Assembly (NCBI GenBank): GCA_973895155.1
Contig: OZ316893.1
Coordinates: 10,979,660-11,043,659, forward strand
Source of the DNA: Marsupella aquatica
Taxonomy: Eukaryota > Plantae > Marchantiophyta
Length of the DNA stretch: 64,000 nt
Direction of reading: 5' to 3'
The notes under the pieces were generated by a model. The model saw nothing but the letters and a program-made list of their open reading frames with translations. It made no database searches and had not been told where the DNA came from. Of this stretch, positions 24,332 to 37,190 are shown piece after piece; the first letter of the stretch is position 1, and every line of letters begins with the position of its first letter. Position numbers and translations under genes: made by a program.

Positions 24332-25860
24332 TCCAGCTCCATCGACCCAGATTTGAACAGTGCAAGAGTCATCAAGTGATACGTAGGAATGGCTCACACT
24401 ACGTGCTCCAGCATGATCACTCTACCTGCCGAAGTAAGACTCCTATTAGTCCATGTATTTAATCCCTGAGTTCCGAATTCTTGCGAGTAGGAAGGTTTCT
24501 TTGTGAGTTGGACTCAGTTTATAGCCGATGGGACACCCGAGTACTCGCAGGCCTCTCCAATTTTTGCAGTCTTGCAACCTGTATTAGAAAGCCATTAGGG
24601 TATGGACTATCCCTAAAGCAAATTGGGATGATCTGCGATTTGTGAACGTTGAGCCGTGCCCCGGAGATGTTTTCAAAGCGTTGTATCACGTCCCGAGCAG
24701 CAGTGAACTCCTCCTCAGTCGCCTCGAGTAAAAGGCCGGTGTCATCTGCAAATAGCTGGTGGCAAAGCTGCTTCCGTTGGCGAGTCTCAGACCCTGAATA
24801 ACCGGGTGAATAATGTTGCTTTGTAACAATCTCATATGTAATCATTGACATGAGGGGCCCGGGTACGCAACTCTTATACAATAGACAGGGGTCTACATTT
24901 TTATATGGACTAAAAAGTTGGCTATACAAAATAATTAAAATTTGAAAAAACCTGGGTTTTTCACTTTTAAAAATTTTCAAGTCATATAAAAGGTTTGGTT
25001 TTCTTCTTTTTCCATATGAAATTAAAAAATATTATTCATGTTTTAATTTTTATTAAAAGATTTTAAAAATTTTAATAAAAATCCTAAAAAGCTGGCTAGT
25101 TTGGCTGTAGACCCCTGTATTAAAAAAAACCCATATAATTTGGTTTTGATCAATTATTTGTACATCAAAACATGCTTAGTTTTTTTTTAAAGTTACATTT
25201 TTGGATTCCTTGAGTTGAGAGGTACAAGACTTTAGTACACTAAAATGAAATCTAAGATGGTCAATTGAATATAAGGCCATTATAAGGAATTAAAAACTTG
25301 CCTTATAAAAAGGGGAGTTGCATACCCGGGATGAGGGGTTGCAAAGTGAGAGTGAAGAGAATGCTTGACAGCGGACATCCTTGCCTGACTCCCCTGCCAA
25401 GGTTGATAGGTTCAGTGAGTTTTCCGTTAGTGTGGATCTTAGATTGGGCACCTGTGACCAGACCCTTGAAAAGTATGATGGTCTTCTCTCCAAAATCCAT
25501 AGCACGCATAACGGCCCAGATAAACTCATGCGAAACTCTGTCGTAGGCTTTCATCAAGTCAAGCTTTAAGAAAAAAAATTGTTTCTTGCTGATAGGGCAA
25601 TCTCTCTCACCAGGCGAAAGGTGAGCAGATTGTTGAGAATATCTGTACCCTTCAAGAACTAAGCCCGTTTGTTGAGGATCACCAATTCGGTTGGCGATAG
25701 TCTTGATCCAATTTGCGAGTAATTTAGCGATAGTTTTCTCCGTTAGCGTCAGCATCATCAGTGGCCTCCAGTTGATTAGTTCCATGCTTTTGTGATTTTT
25801 GGGGATGAGTTTTAGGACCCCTGCAACTACCTTGACTATGATGATTCAGTCTCCCCAAAA
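24332..25860 (-). mobile_element. LINE reverse-transcriptase remnant, interrupted by the MITE at 24858-25330
   Basis: NWRPL, FLKLDLMKAYDRVSH, RGVRQGCPLSSILF, LFADDT and SGARLNVHKS motifs; frameshifted. Confidence 0.9.
24858..25330. mobile_element. AT-rich MITE (473 bp), TIR CCCGGGTA(C/T)GCAACTC, 8-bp TSD ATGAGGGG
   Basis: TSD at 24850-24857 and 25331-25338; a second copy lies at 29625-30100. Confidence 0.93.
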
Positions 25861-28465
25861 AGCCTAGAAGGCAACTGCAGAGGCTAGTTAATCCACCTCG
25901 ACCTAAACAACCCTGAGGAGACAACAATACTGTTTACCTGGGCCTCCACTCTCCAATTGTGCAGATCTGTTTCTCCAACCAGATCTACACAATTGGCATA
26001 CAGACAGGTCAAAAGAACTCAGTTCATACATCTGTATCGAATGAAGAAACGTTGCAGTAAAGTCATATCAGCCGAATATCAAAAGAGTTATACTGGGGTC
26101 ATTCTCTACGTGAAAAATACAGATTCAAATAAACGGATAAATGAAGATGAAGTTACATCAAAAAAAGTCCAGAGCTTGCCCAAACAAAGTATGTCACCCC
26201 TCACAGAGCTCGGGGCGCAAACAAAGTATGCTGCGTCTCACAGATCAAGCTCGCCCAAACAAAAAAGGATGCTGCGCCTCACAAATTTAGCTCGAAGCAA
26301 ACAGAGTGTGCCAAGCCTCACAGACCTAGCCCAACCATTGATGATTGGCGTATTGTACTCGAGCCTCAATCACACCATTCCCATCAAGTACCAAGCCATA
26401 CTAAGCCTTCCTTGATCATAAATAGAGATGAAGATAAAGAGAATTTCGCAGAAAAAACATTCTATCCTACTTATTTCCTTTTCATCTTTGCCCCATATAT
26501 CCCCCTATTTTATTTGTCTCCCCTCATTTTTGCCCTCCTCATTTTTAATTGTCCTTTATTAGTCACTGTCATTTTTGCCCCTTATTGAGGGTTATAGGGT
26601 AGAGGCTTCACCCTAGATGCTAGCTCTACAAAGTAGTTTTGCCTCATGTGTTATTAGCCCAATTACAGGTTACTTGAAAGTAAATAGATGTGAAGACAAA
26701 GTAAAACCTTGCAAACTAAAGGATTCTATGCTATCTTTGCCTCATCTCTGTTTTTTGTCCATCCTCATTTCAGTTTTGTTTACATTAGCCTGATTACTCG
26801 TTAAAAAACGGAAATAGAGATGAAGACCCACAAAAATATTGCAAAACAAGATACTCTTGTTCATGTTTGCCTCCATCCCTTTTTTGTTCATGTTTGCTTC
26901 CATCCCTTTTTTTTCACCATATATCAGTGTTATTTTGTCTTTACTGAGAGTCGCTATTAGTTTTGTCCTTATTTAGAGTCAATGTAATCTTCGCTCCCAT
27001 CCCTTTTATTTTGTCCATCTTCATTTTTCAGTTTTGTTCTTACTATTGAGAGTTACTCTCTAGAGTCTTCACTTCTAGATAGTAGCCCTTGAAAGCACCT
27101 TTGGCATTGCGTTTCATTAGTAAGATGTAGATTCAATGCTACTTTTGTTCCTGTTTGCTATTATCTTTGCTTTTTGTCCATCCATTTCCCTTTTTCCTTT
27201 ATTTAGAATCATTGTCACTTTTGTCCCATCTCTGCTTTTGTCTATCTCTGTCGTTTGTCCACCCATTCCAGTTTTTCCTTTATTTAGAGTCATTGACACT
27301 TTTGTCCAGAAGCTTCCCAGAATCATATATTGTCACTTTGACCTTGCTTGGAGTTACCCTCCATAGGCTTCACTCTAGACAGTAGCCTTTACAGTAGCTT
27401 TCTTTTGGCTAATTCTTCGATAGAAAGATGTTTTATGTTCTCTCCCCCGGTCTCTCCCTCATGGTAAGCTCCCAAAGTCTGACCCCTCGTGGCCTCATGG
27501 TAAGCTCCCCAAAGTCTGACCCCCTCGTGGCTACACGACACAGGTAGGTGGATGCCAGCATATTTTTTTTAAGGTTTTTTAATTTTTAGCTACTGGACTT
27601 GCCAGGCACGTAAACTGGGCATTCAGGAGCTCTAAGAGAGTAGATCTAGTAATATTTTTTTGTCAGTTTTTCCTGGATTATAATTGACCATCAGATATCC
27701 CTAGAGTAATTTCAGGATGACGGTTAGATTCTGGCAAATAGGATACATGACTAGGTGGAATGTTAGCCAAAAGTGGCGAACACTTTTTGGAGAGGTGGTG
27801 TAATTTGGCTAAAATTTGCACTTAAGAAATAAGTTGGTGGATGCCCCAAAGTAGGTGCTTCTTCCCATTCAAGAATCTGCGTGTGTGACCTTGACTGACG
27901 ACCACACCACTCCTTCCCGGCCAGTCCTCTCAGAGTCGATCTGGGAGTCTGTGTGAAAGCTGACAAGGATGGAGACTACACAGGGAAATATCACACTTAG
28001 ATTGCACATCGTTCACAAGATCGCTACTCTTAATTTCACTCCATCAGTTTGATACTAGATACTGTAGCTACTCGCAAGGGAACAATCTCGGTTGGGACCC
28101 ATTTCAGCACGGCTGATCACGTTCATTTTACTCTAGCAGAATGCAGGCCTTCAAACGTTCGTTGGATGTAAGTTTTTTCTGAACCACTGCTCCTGAGCTG
28201 AATCGATTCCACCGCCCTCCAGCAGCTCCAGCTCAATCCACGCATGCTTCCGAGTACATTAATTTGGGCCTGTCCAAATCACTCGGCTGATCACTTCTCA
28301 ACAAGCCTGGCTACGCGAAGGCTTGGAGTTACTGTAGTATACTACAACTGTTTCGGATCCAGGAGACAAATTTCTAACGTTTGCCGTGTTTATATTTGTC
28401 CTCTAGCCACGTGAGCCTTCCAGGCCCGAAAATTGATTAAAACAGCTTCAACACCATAATCAACG

Positions 28466-30832
28466 ATGGACGACATTAGCAATGCAGGCCCTGTTTCACA
28501 AGGGGATGACAGCGGATACGTGGCCCACGACATCCTCGTGAAATTCTCGGTCTCCATGTCGCTCAAAGCGGTTCTCGAGCTGGGAATCCCGGACATTCTG
28601 TTCAAAGCGGAAGGAGGAAAGACCTTAACAGCAGAGGAGATCCTCGCTCACCTGCCCGTCGTCAAGTCACGCCAACCGAACTCCGAGTTGACGAGAAGGC
28701 TTACATGCCTTCTCAAGCTCTTGGTGTGGGAAGAAGTCTTCACGGAATCGTTCAATGACAACAAAGAACCTTCGTATGGCCTGACCAAAGTCTCCAATTG
28801 GTTTGTTAAAGAGAACGGGCTCAACATTTTACCTTTTGCAGGTGATTATTTTATCATTACTAATCTTCAGGTTATCGGTGGGGAACTTGATCTCAATAGT
28901 CTGGATGAGTTGGCTTTTGATACGATCTCTGGCCGGTCATCTGAAACTAAGAGTTGTCAGTACTTCCAAAGTTTGGAAACTACTTCATAGTGTGAACCAA
29001 CAGTAATAGCAATTTACATCTGAGATGCCTGCAGATATGGTTTTTTGTGAAGAGGTCACGGGTGGTTTCGGTCGCATAAGGAATTCCATTCTAGACGATG
29101 CATGCTGTCAACCCACTTGAAGAAAATCTTGGAATGCCTGTGTACGAGTATGCTGCTAAACATTCGGAGTTCGGCAGACTATTTCAAAATGCAATGGGCG
29201 CGTTCGCCAACATGCAGTACGGTTTCATCGAGTTTGTGCAGCACTCCGGTGTGCTTGAAGGTGTGGAGACTGTGGTGGACGTAGGAGGAGGGACGGGAAG
29301 GCATGTTGCTAACATTATCGCCAGGAACCCTCAGATGAAAGGAATCAACTTCGACCTCCCATCCGTCATTGCCCAAGCTCCTGAAGTAAAAGGTCAGTTA
29401 CTGTTATTTACCATGGCTCCCAGTTGTAGCAAGATTTTGCTCACGCTCGTTCTTCACTCTCTGAAGGCTTTCTCGATCTTCGCCATCAATCGCAGCCACC
29501 TCACTCGCGTTATATTACGAGTACTGAACGGCCTGAAAGGAATATCCAGAAGTCAACTGTCATCACTAATCGTATTTGACAGCCTTTAGTGGAGCATTTC
29601 TGGCATCTTACGTTTGCTTCCTCGCCCGGGTATGCAACTCCCCTTTTTTATAAGGCAAGTTTTTAATTCCTTATAATAGCCATATATCCAATTGACCATC
29701 TTAGATTTTATTTTAGTCTTCTAAAATCTTGTACCTCTCAACTTAAGGAATCCAAAAATGTAACTTAAAAAGAAAACCAAACATGTTTTGATGTACTAAA
29801 AATTGATCAAAACCAAATTATATGGGTTTTTTTTAATACAGGGGTCTACAACCAAACTAGCCACCTTTTCAGGATTTTTATTAAAATTTTAAAAATATTT
29901 TAATAAAAATTCCAGCATGTGTAGGAATATTTTTTAATTTCATATGGAAAAGGAAGAAAACCAACCCTTTTACATGACTTGAAAATTTTAAAAAGTGGAA
30001 AACCCAGGTTTTTTGAAATTTTATTATTTTGTATAGCCAACTTGTTAGTCCATATAAAAATGTAGACCCCTGCCGATTATACAAGAGTTGCGTACCCGGG
30101 CTTCCTCGCAAACTTAACGCATTCTGAATCTCGACTTCACAAAGCGAGTCTTGTTTATACCTATCGAGTGTGTTGGAGAAATTCCCAACGAAAACCCAAG
30201 TTTCTCATTATCTACTAGAAAGTAATTTCCATTCTTCAAGGCATAATTAGGCAGATTCTTTGCTTGTGAGTCAAGAGTGTTTTTGCTTGTGAGTCCAGAG
30301 GTGGGTTTGTTTCTTGCCACGTTCAGGTATAACAAGCATAGCAGGCAACATATTCGAGTCTGTGCCATCTGGAGACGCAATGTTCGTTAAGGTAGGTACT
30401 ACGCATGCCATCTTCCCCTCGGCCAATGGTGGCATACCAACTTTTCACTGCAGGTGTAATTAAGTTGGGATACAATTTACTTCAGTCGGTGGGGTTCACA
30501 ATGCTGATGAATTGTACGTCGGGATGTTGCAGAGTGTTCTACACAACCATGATGACAAAGATGCCATTGTGATTCTGAAGAACTGTTTCAAAGCTCTCCC
30601 CAAACAAGGCAAGGCCATAATCGTCGAGTATGTGTTGGGTGACAAGAACGATAGAAGCCCGAAAGCCAAAATGACGATGTGCTTTCAATTTCATATGCTG
30701 GTGTTCATGAAGGGAGCCCGGGAGAGAACTAAGCCCGAGTACGAGAAGATCATCGCTGCAGCAGGATTCTCACGCTCTGAGTTTATTAGAAGTGCAAGAT
30801 CCCAGGATTTGATCATAGCATTCAAGGAATGA
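28466..30832 (+). pseudogene. COMT-like O-methyltransferase copy 3, frameshifted in exon 2
   Basis: Near-identical to copy 2, but ATGC is duplicated at 29098-29105 (GATGCATGCTGTC versus GATGCTGTC in copy 1), giving TGA at 29118-29120. MITE in intron 2; intron 3 shortened. Confidence 0.88.
29625..30100. mobile_element. MITE (476 bp), same family as 24858-25330 in opposite orientation, 8-bp TSD CTTCCTCG
   Basis: TSD at 29617-29624 and 30101-30108; the empty site is visible in the paralogous introns of copies 1 and 2 (GCTTCCTCGCAAACTTAACGCA). Confidence 0.95.
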
Positions 30833-31056
30833 TATATACCGAGCAGATCCAAACTACCCAATTTCTGCAGAAGTCGGGATATTTTCCGTTATCGTAGGAT
30901 CGTTGTGTTTTAAGGAATGCAAATGGAAATTTATTGCTCCTTTGGGTGGATGACATCATAGTTGGACCTCAAACTTCACCTTAAAGAGCCACAAAGAGCC
31001 ACCAGCCATGACAAAAACCTGTTACACCAGATTTCACCACATTTACTATTCTTTTT

Positions 31057-31284
31057 CCTAAAGTCTCACTGCAGAGGAGAGGAATATGAAAAAGGAAGAA
31101 GTAGTCTCACCGTAGAGGAGAATAACATGCACAAGAGAGAAGTATTGGACACTTCTCCTTTTACATTACCCCTAAAGTCTCACGGCAGAGGAGAGGAATA
31201 TGGAAAAGGAAGAAGTAGTCTCACCGTAGAGGAGAATAACATGCACAAGGGAGAAGTATTGGACACTCCTCCTTATACATTGCC
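31057..31284 (+). repeat. Direct tandem duplication with a ~114-bp unit downstream of OMT copy 3
   Basis: CCTAAAGTCTCAC...GTATTGGACACT...TTACATT begins at both 31057 and 31171. Confidence 0.85.
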
Positions 31285-33093
31285 AGTGATGATTTAAGAT
31301 AAATATCTCAAATTGAAAAATGGGATTCTCTGCATATGAGTTGAGAAATATGGAAGATCTCGTAGACTTTTAAGACACCTCTATCACTAGGAATAGAGCT
31401 GAAGGTTTGAGACACCCTATTGATGGCTTTGCTCTTTTTCAGTGTGGGGATCATGTCTCCCTACCTCTTCTTGCTTGTCATCACTTCTCGGTCAACTTGC
31501 CTATCTTCCTTATCATATATTGCATAGAGTTGTTTTTTTTCTGTTTTGCGAGTGTGGTAATAAATGTCAGCTTTTGTCAAGGAGAAGAAATATTTCTTAT
31601 GATTGTAATTTCAGTAGATCAAATTCTGACCATCAGATTTTCCTGGATCTAAGGATGACCCTCCAATTGAGGCGATTGGGCCTGTTCTTGTCAAGGCCGG
31701 AGAAGATGCTAGGAATATATCTTATGTTATTTACTGGATTAATTTATGACCATCAGATTTCCCTAGATCTAAGCATGACCCTCAGATTCATGCTAATGGG
31801 GTGGCTGGGTGTAAAAGTGGGTAATGGAATTATACTAAATGTATAGTGGTTTTTCCAGAAGTCGAAAAGACTTTTTAGAGGTAGAATCTGAAAGATATCT
31901 CGGGTGAAATTGATGTGGCTCTTTTTGCCTCTGACAACGAACAATGTGCATTACAGTAAGAGATATTCTCAATTTTAGGGTGTAAATCCAAAATTTATTC
32001 TTGTCCTTTATAGAATATATGATCAAAACACTATAATAATGCATATTTTGTATTGAAGTTTGTTGGACTGCTTTTTGCAATGGGATATCTCGCCCCCAAA
32101 AGAAAAGCATGCTTAACGCATAAATTAAGCTAACAAGGCAGACAAACAAGACATAGATGCCAGTCAGAATTGGGATGTCCGTAACAGAATATATGGGAGG
32201 AAGGGCAGAAGCCTTAGGCTCTCAAACATATTTAAGCAGTCCTTGGTAGTATTGGCAGTAATAATAGAGCAATAAACACTCTGGATATCAGCATCTCTGG
32301 TCATGTAGGCAATTATCCAGACACTATTGTAAAACTTACAACGGAAGCCATAGACATGTTAAAGCTGAGAGTCATAGCCTGGGCTACAGAGACAATGATG
32401 GTGTAGATCAATACTTTTGTAATTGAAATAGATGGATTATCCGTAGCACACTAGAAGCTCGTGAGTGAAGTGTACTATGTGTACTATGTGTACTATCTAG
32501 TTGTGATCACCCGTCAGAAAGGGATCCAAGTGATCGAATGTGAGAACACCGGTGAGAAGTAGGAGAAGGAAGAGTAGGGAGAATGTCAAGATTGAAGAAG
32601 TTTTGTCTTGAATAAGCGGGAACACTGAGTACATCCCTACACGTAGTTTCGTAGATGGCAGAGGAGGCTAGAAGATGCAAGCAGCCTTTAACCGTCACAA
32701 GTATTGTCCTTTGAAAACTTAAGTATACATTTGGACGATCAGGTCCATGGGTCTTGCATTCCATAAAGCTTTGTCGCTATGTTTTATATTTCACTGGCAG
32801 TGAACATTTTTTTTGGCCAAAATAATGGGCTTCAGCTGGCTCTGTTAAATCTGCATGCGAACAGCGTGTTTTCTATAAATTGGCAATTCATACATATCGA
32901 CTCTTCCAAGTTCTTGTGTACGTATCTTGTGCTTATTTTTGTTATCCAATCAGCTCATATAGTATAGCTCTCTTCTTAAAATAAATATCCAATATCTCTC
33001 TGGACTCTAGCTAGGCAATCGATCGTGCTTTGGGCACCCGGCACCCATCCTGCCTGCGGGGCAGCAAAATAATGGAAGAGAAAACAACGAGTT

Positions 33094-33600
33094 TACACCG
33101 AACAAACGGTGCTGCAACGGGACTTCTAAACGACTTTGAATAGAGCCTACGCTTAACGTGCGATCCATTGCGATCCAGTTGACATGTTGAACTTGAGGCA
33201 GCAAATGGAAGACAAAAGATATATTCTACACCGAACAAACGGTGCTGCAACGTGACTTCTAAAACGACTTTGAATGCGGTCCATTAACCTTTCAAAGCAT
33301 TGCTCACCAGTTGAACGTGAGGCGAGGATTGGCAAACCCCGTATCGGCCCCTTCTGTTTTCCGAAAGCTTTTGGAAGGAGAACCTAAGGCAGCCATTTAA
33401 CAAAGAGAGATACTACACCGAACAAACGGTGCTGCAACGGGACTTCTAACGACTCCGAATAGAGCCGACTCTTAACGTGTGGTCCATTAATTCAAAGCAT
33501 TGCTCACCAGTTCAACTTGAGGCGCGGATGGCGACCACGTATCGGCCCCTTTTGTTTTCCGAAAACTTTTGGAAGGAGAATGTACGTAAGGCAGCCAATT
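33094..33600. repeat. Three tandem units (about 133-187 bp) sharing the 36-bp core TACACCGAACAAACGGTGCTGCAACG(G/T)GACTTCTAA
   Basis: Core at 33094, 33227 and 33414; the intervening sequences are also homologous to each other. Confidence 0.85.
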
Positions 33601-36600
33601 AACAAGGTACGACTACTTATTCATGTCGAGTGAACCAAATGCTCCCACATCCCCGGACATCAGCAGTGTTGAGCACGCACGCTTACCATCGATATGTTGA
33701 TGTACTCTGGATTGCTCACCGTGTGATGTCAGCAGCAGCTCCATCGATCATCGGTACCATCTTTATACTTGCGTAATGGCTGTTCTATAGCTCTCACTGA
33801 AATGCCACATATGTAGATTCAGTTTCCGCGAATGCAATGGCTCGCTCGTGAAGCAATTCGATTTCATTTATCTCTGTCTGGTGTTGATGCTTACGTATAT
33901 TACATTACGGTGGTGACATATTGTTCAGCATCTCCTTTTGCTCAGGTGCACATTGGTCCTACTTTTCTAATGTAACTGTCAGTCGAGTTGTTGGAAATTG
34001 TAAAACTAACATTGCTACTAGCTCTAAGATCGCTTGTTATTGTCAATCATTTACAAAAAAAACCGCAATCTGGAAGCTGCGATACATAGTCAATTGCGAA
34101 GCACAACATGTTTAGGTGGCGGGGAGCGTCGAGCTTGCTGCTTGTGGGACTCTTAGTGACGAGCCTCGTTATGTAACTGCTGGATAGTAAAGTTTCGATT
34201 CTAGATCGACATGACAGTGTAGGCACGTGTATAAAACAAGTACTTGCAACAGTGCCACATGGCAAATGAATAAAGCCAATTGGAGTCCTCGAAGCAGCTC
34301 GATAATATATAGGAGAGTAGCTTCGTTCATAAAAAGACTTGTCTATAATGGAGTCCTACCGAATCGCATGGTGTACAGATTTGCGACCACGAAGCTCTAA
34401 CCGGCATGTGCAAGATACACGTTGCTTGCACGAAGGGAACAGATGAACAGAATGGACTCGTTCTCGGTGATCTTACAATTTTGTTTTAATTAAATGCAAC
34501 GCGCCACTATATAGGGTAGTGGCCTCATTACGAAATTATCCTCGTAACTAAGAAGATGGTTGCAATGCCAACAAGTATCTTTTAAGACGATCTTCCGAGG
34601 ATTGGACCCTTCCCATCGTGAAATTAACCAGACGGAGCTAGTGTACCCTGGCTATCTAGCCTGGTCAACTCACATGATTGTGTGTGACACACATATTTAA
34701 TATGAATAGCCAGTATAGCTGGAGACAAAATCAGTGTCTAATCCACTCACAGTAGATTTCTTAGCTCTGAAAGACGGTGTTCCCTTTGAAGTTGGACTGA
34801 GAATAAGTGGCCAGGCACAATTAAAAGCCAAGGGGCATACAACAGATAACTATGATCAGATTCGTGCAGCATAACGCAGAGCTGGGGAAGGGAGTGCATA
34901 CTCAGTCTGTAACATGAAGGATAGGCCAATCTTTTCAAAAACCAAGTTCTTGCAGAAGTTGAAGAGCCGAAGACATCGAGGAATTTGAAGACAGTACTCC
35001 TTGTCTTTGCTGAGTATTTAATTATGTTTGCGTTCTTCTCTTCTGGTTCCACTGAGAAAGTTATTTCTGATCGATCCTTTTTTCTGTGATTCCTTCATGC
35101 AAGAGCAACTAAAGCTCCCAAAGTCAGATAATATATTCTGCGAATGTGGGCTCCGGATTATGATCACTCGTGAAGCAAAATAGAGGGTGCTACTGCTACT
35201 GCAGCAAAACTAGTGGCTGCTTTAATTTGATTTATCGAAGGTCGAAGGTGCTGCTGCTGATGCAGTGAGTGAAACAAAAGTCGACTCATTTGTAGACGGG
35301 GAAACCTACCACGCTGTATAAACTTGGTCGAAATGATTGAAATATAATCCAGCAAAAAATTACTTCATGGCAGCAGCCTAAACCCCCCAAAATGAAAAAT
35401 AGAGCACATAATGGCCCTCAATCAGTGTGTGGATTTCATAACGGAAACACTGTCAGTCTAATATTCCATTACTCAATCATTATTGACGACACACAAGAAC
35501 ACCCCTTGATGATTCCTTATGTTTACTTTTCAAAATACATTGCAATAGCATATATCTCTTGGTTAAATAAGGCTCCGACTGCCACATCTGACCAATGTTG
35601 TTGACTCTCATAATACAAGATGAAACCTGCCGTACGTGTCCACATGATGCTATTAGTCACATGTCTTACAATTTTCTCCTCTTGTTCACGAATAAATCCG
35701 GAATGACTAGTAATCAACTGTCTATATAATTAAAGAGGGCAGACTGTACACATGGATCATTCTGGCTAGTATCCTAATCATTGTAGGGATACAGCAGGCT
35801 CACCTTGAAAAGGTCAGACATAGTTTCCCTGTTCCAAATTGTCACATGGAATTGAACCTTTCAGCCCGATAACTTGAAATACACTGGATGAGGTTGGGTG
35901 CATATCTATGGTACTACAGTAGTTTGTTAGGAACCAAGTGCAGTCTCTTTGAAGGATTGCTTAAATCTTGGTTGTACGGTGGGATTGGGCCAAATTGTGT
36001 TGTCCTTCCACTTGGGATCAGCTGGGGTTGGATGGCTATCATCATAGAATCTGCAAAACAAGCCACAATGTTTTTTTTGTTTAACACCAGATTAGCGTCG
36101 TGGTGACCCTCTGATTTCTGCCTATCCTCCAAACTTGACATAAAAGATTCACAGCACCTCTGTATTACCAGCCAAAATGAAAATAGAACATTAATTTTCT
36201 CTAGCGACAGAATTATGTGATATTTAAATAGTTTATGTTTGTACCATTTGAAGGGGAATGCTGAACCAACCCAGACTTGCACCCTACATTACTAAAATCA
36301 CCGTGTCCTGCTAAAATTGCTAAACTCAGGTATGTCATCCAACCAAAGATACCAGTGAACATGTATTGGGACAAAATAGTAACTTATTGAGGTGTATCCA
36401 ACATTCCCATAGTTGAAAGCACAACAATAAGTGTTATTCTTTCCTTGCAGCAAACTTAGCTTAATGAGGAAAGGAACCTATCTTTTAACTAAACTAAACA
36501 AATCTTCAACCTCTAAATGAGAACTCTAATGGTGAAACCGTCATTCCTCCTCGCTTTAAATTTAACAACACTCGAAGTACCTATATTTTTGGCTTCTTCC

Positions 36601-37190
36601 TACCAGGGACTCCATCGGTCATATGTGCAGAAGAAGCCTTTCACCAGTTGACTGGAGTCTTATTTGCAGAAATTCATTCAAGCAAAATCTAACAATCACT
36701 AGAGTAGGACAGAGGAAACGTTCATTCAAATAGTTGGAGTTCAGAAATGGTACGTGTTCATGGATGGTCCTTTCTTGGTTCTTCAAATCGACAGACAACC
36801 AACGTACACACACGGACACACACGGACATTGCGTTATCAATGTCATCAACACGGAATGTAAAGCTAATTGTAGTCAATTGGGGACGCACGTTGTCCAGCA
36901 TAGACAAAATGGCTAAAAACTACTTGACCAGACATGTCAATTGCCCATGAACACATTATCTTTGATAACAACAAAGTGGCTACCCCGTGGTAAATGTAAG
37001 GGCTTAAGGCCCAGACCAAGTCCAGGTCGTACTCCAAACTACTTTCTCATTGCCATACAATAATGAACATCACACATAAGTCTAGCAAACGTTTGAAGGC
37101 TTGATACAATTGAGAACCGACCGACTTTTAACAATTTTCCATTCAGATCTCTTTGAAACGAACTATTAAATTTTGATGTGCTGAATTCAG

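Larger units (their letters stand above)
26420..32310. repeat. Right arm of the inverted duplication containing OMT copy 3
   Basis: Reverse-complement match to about 5435-10300; ends approximate. Confidence 0.8.

Noticed and set aside
25957-26415. 152-aa ORF
   Set aside because: Built on degenerate ~45-bp repeats, with no ATG-supported start or recognisable domain.
33094-33450. 36-bp repeats with a hairpin, resembling a CRISPR array
   Set aside because: The spacers are about 100-150 bp and homologous to each other, there are no cas genes, and the context is eukaryotic.
34000-37000. Numerous short six-frame ORFs
   Set aside because: Random-like composition and no domain signal; treated as intergenic.
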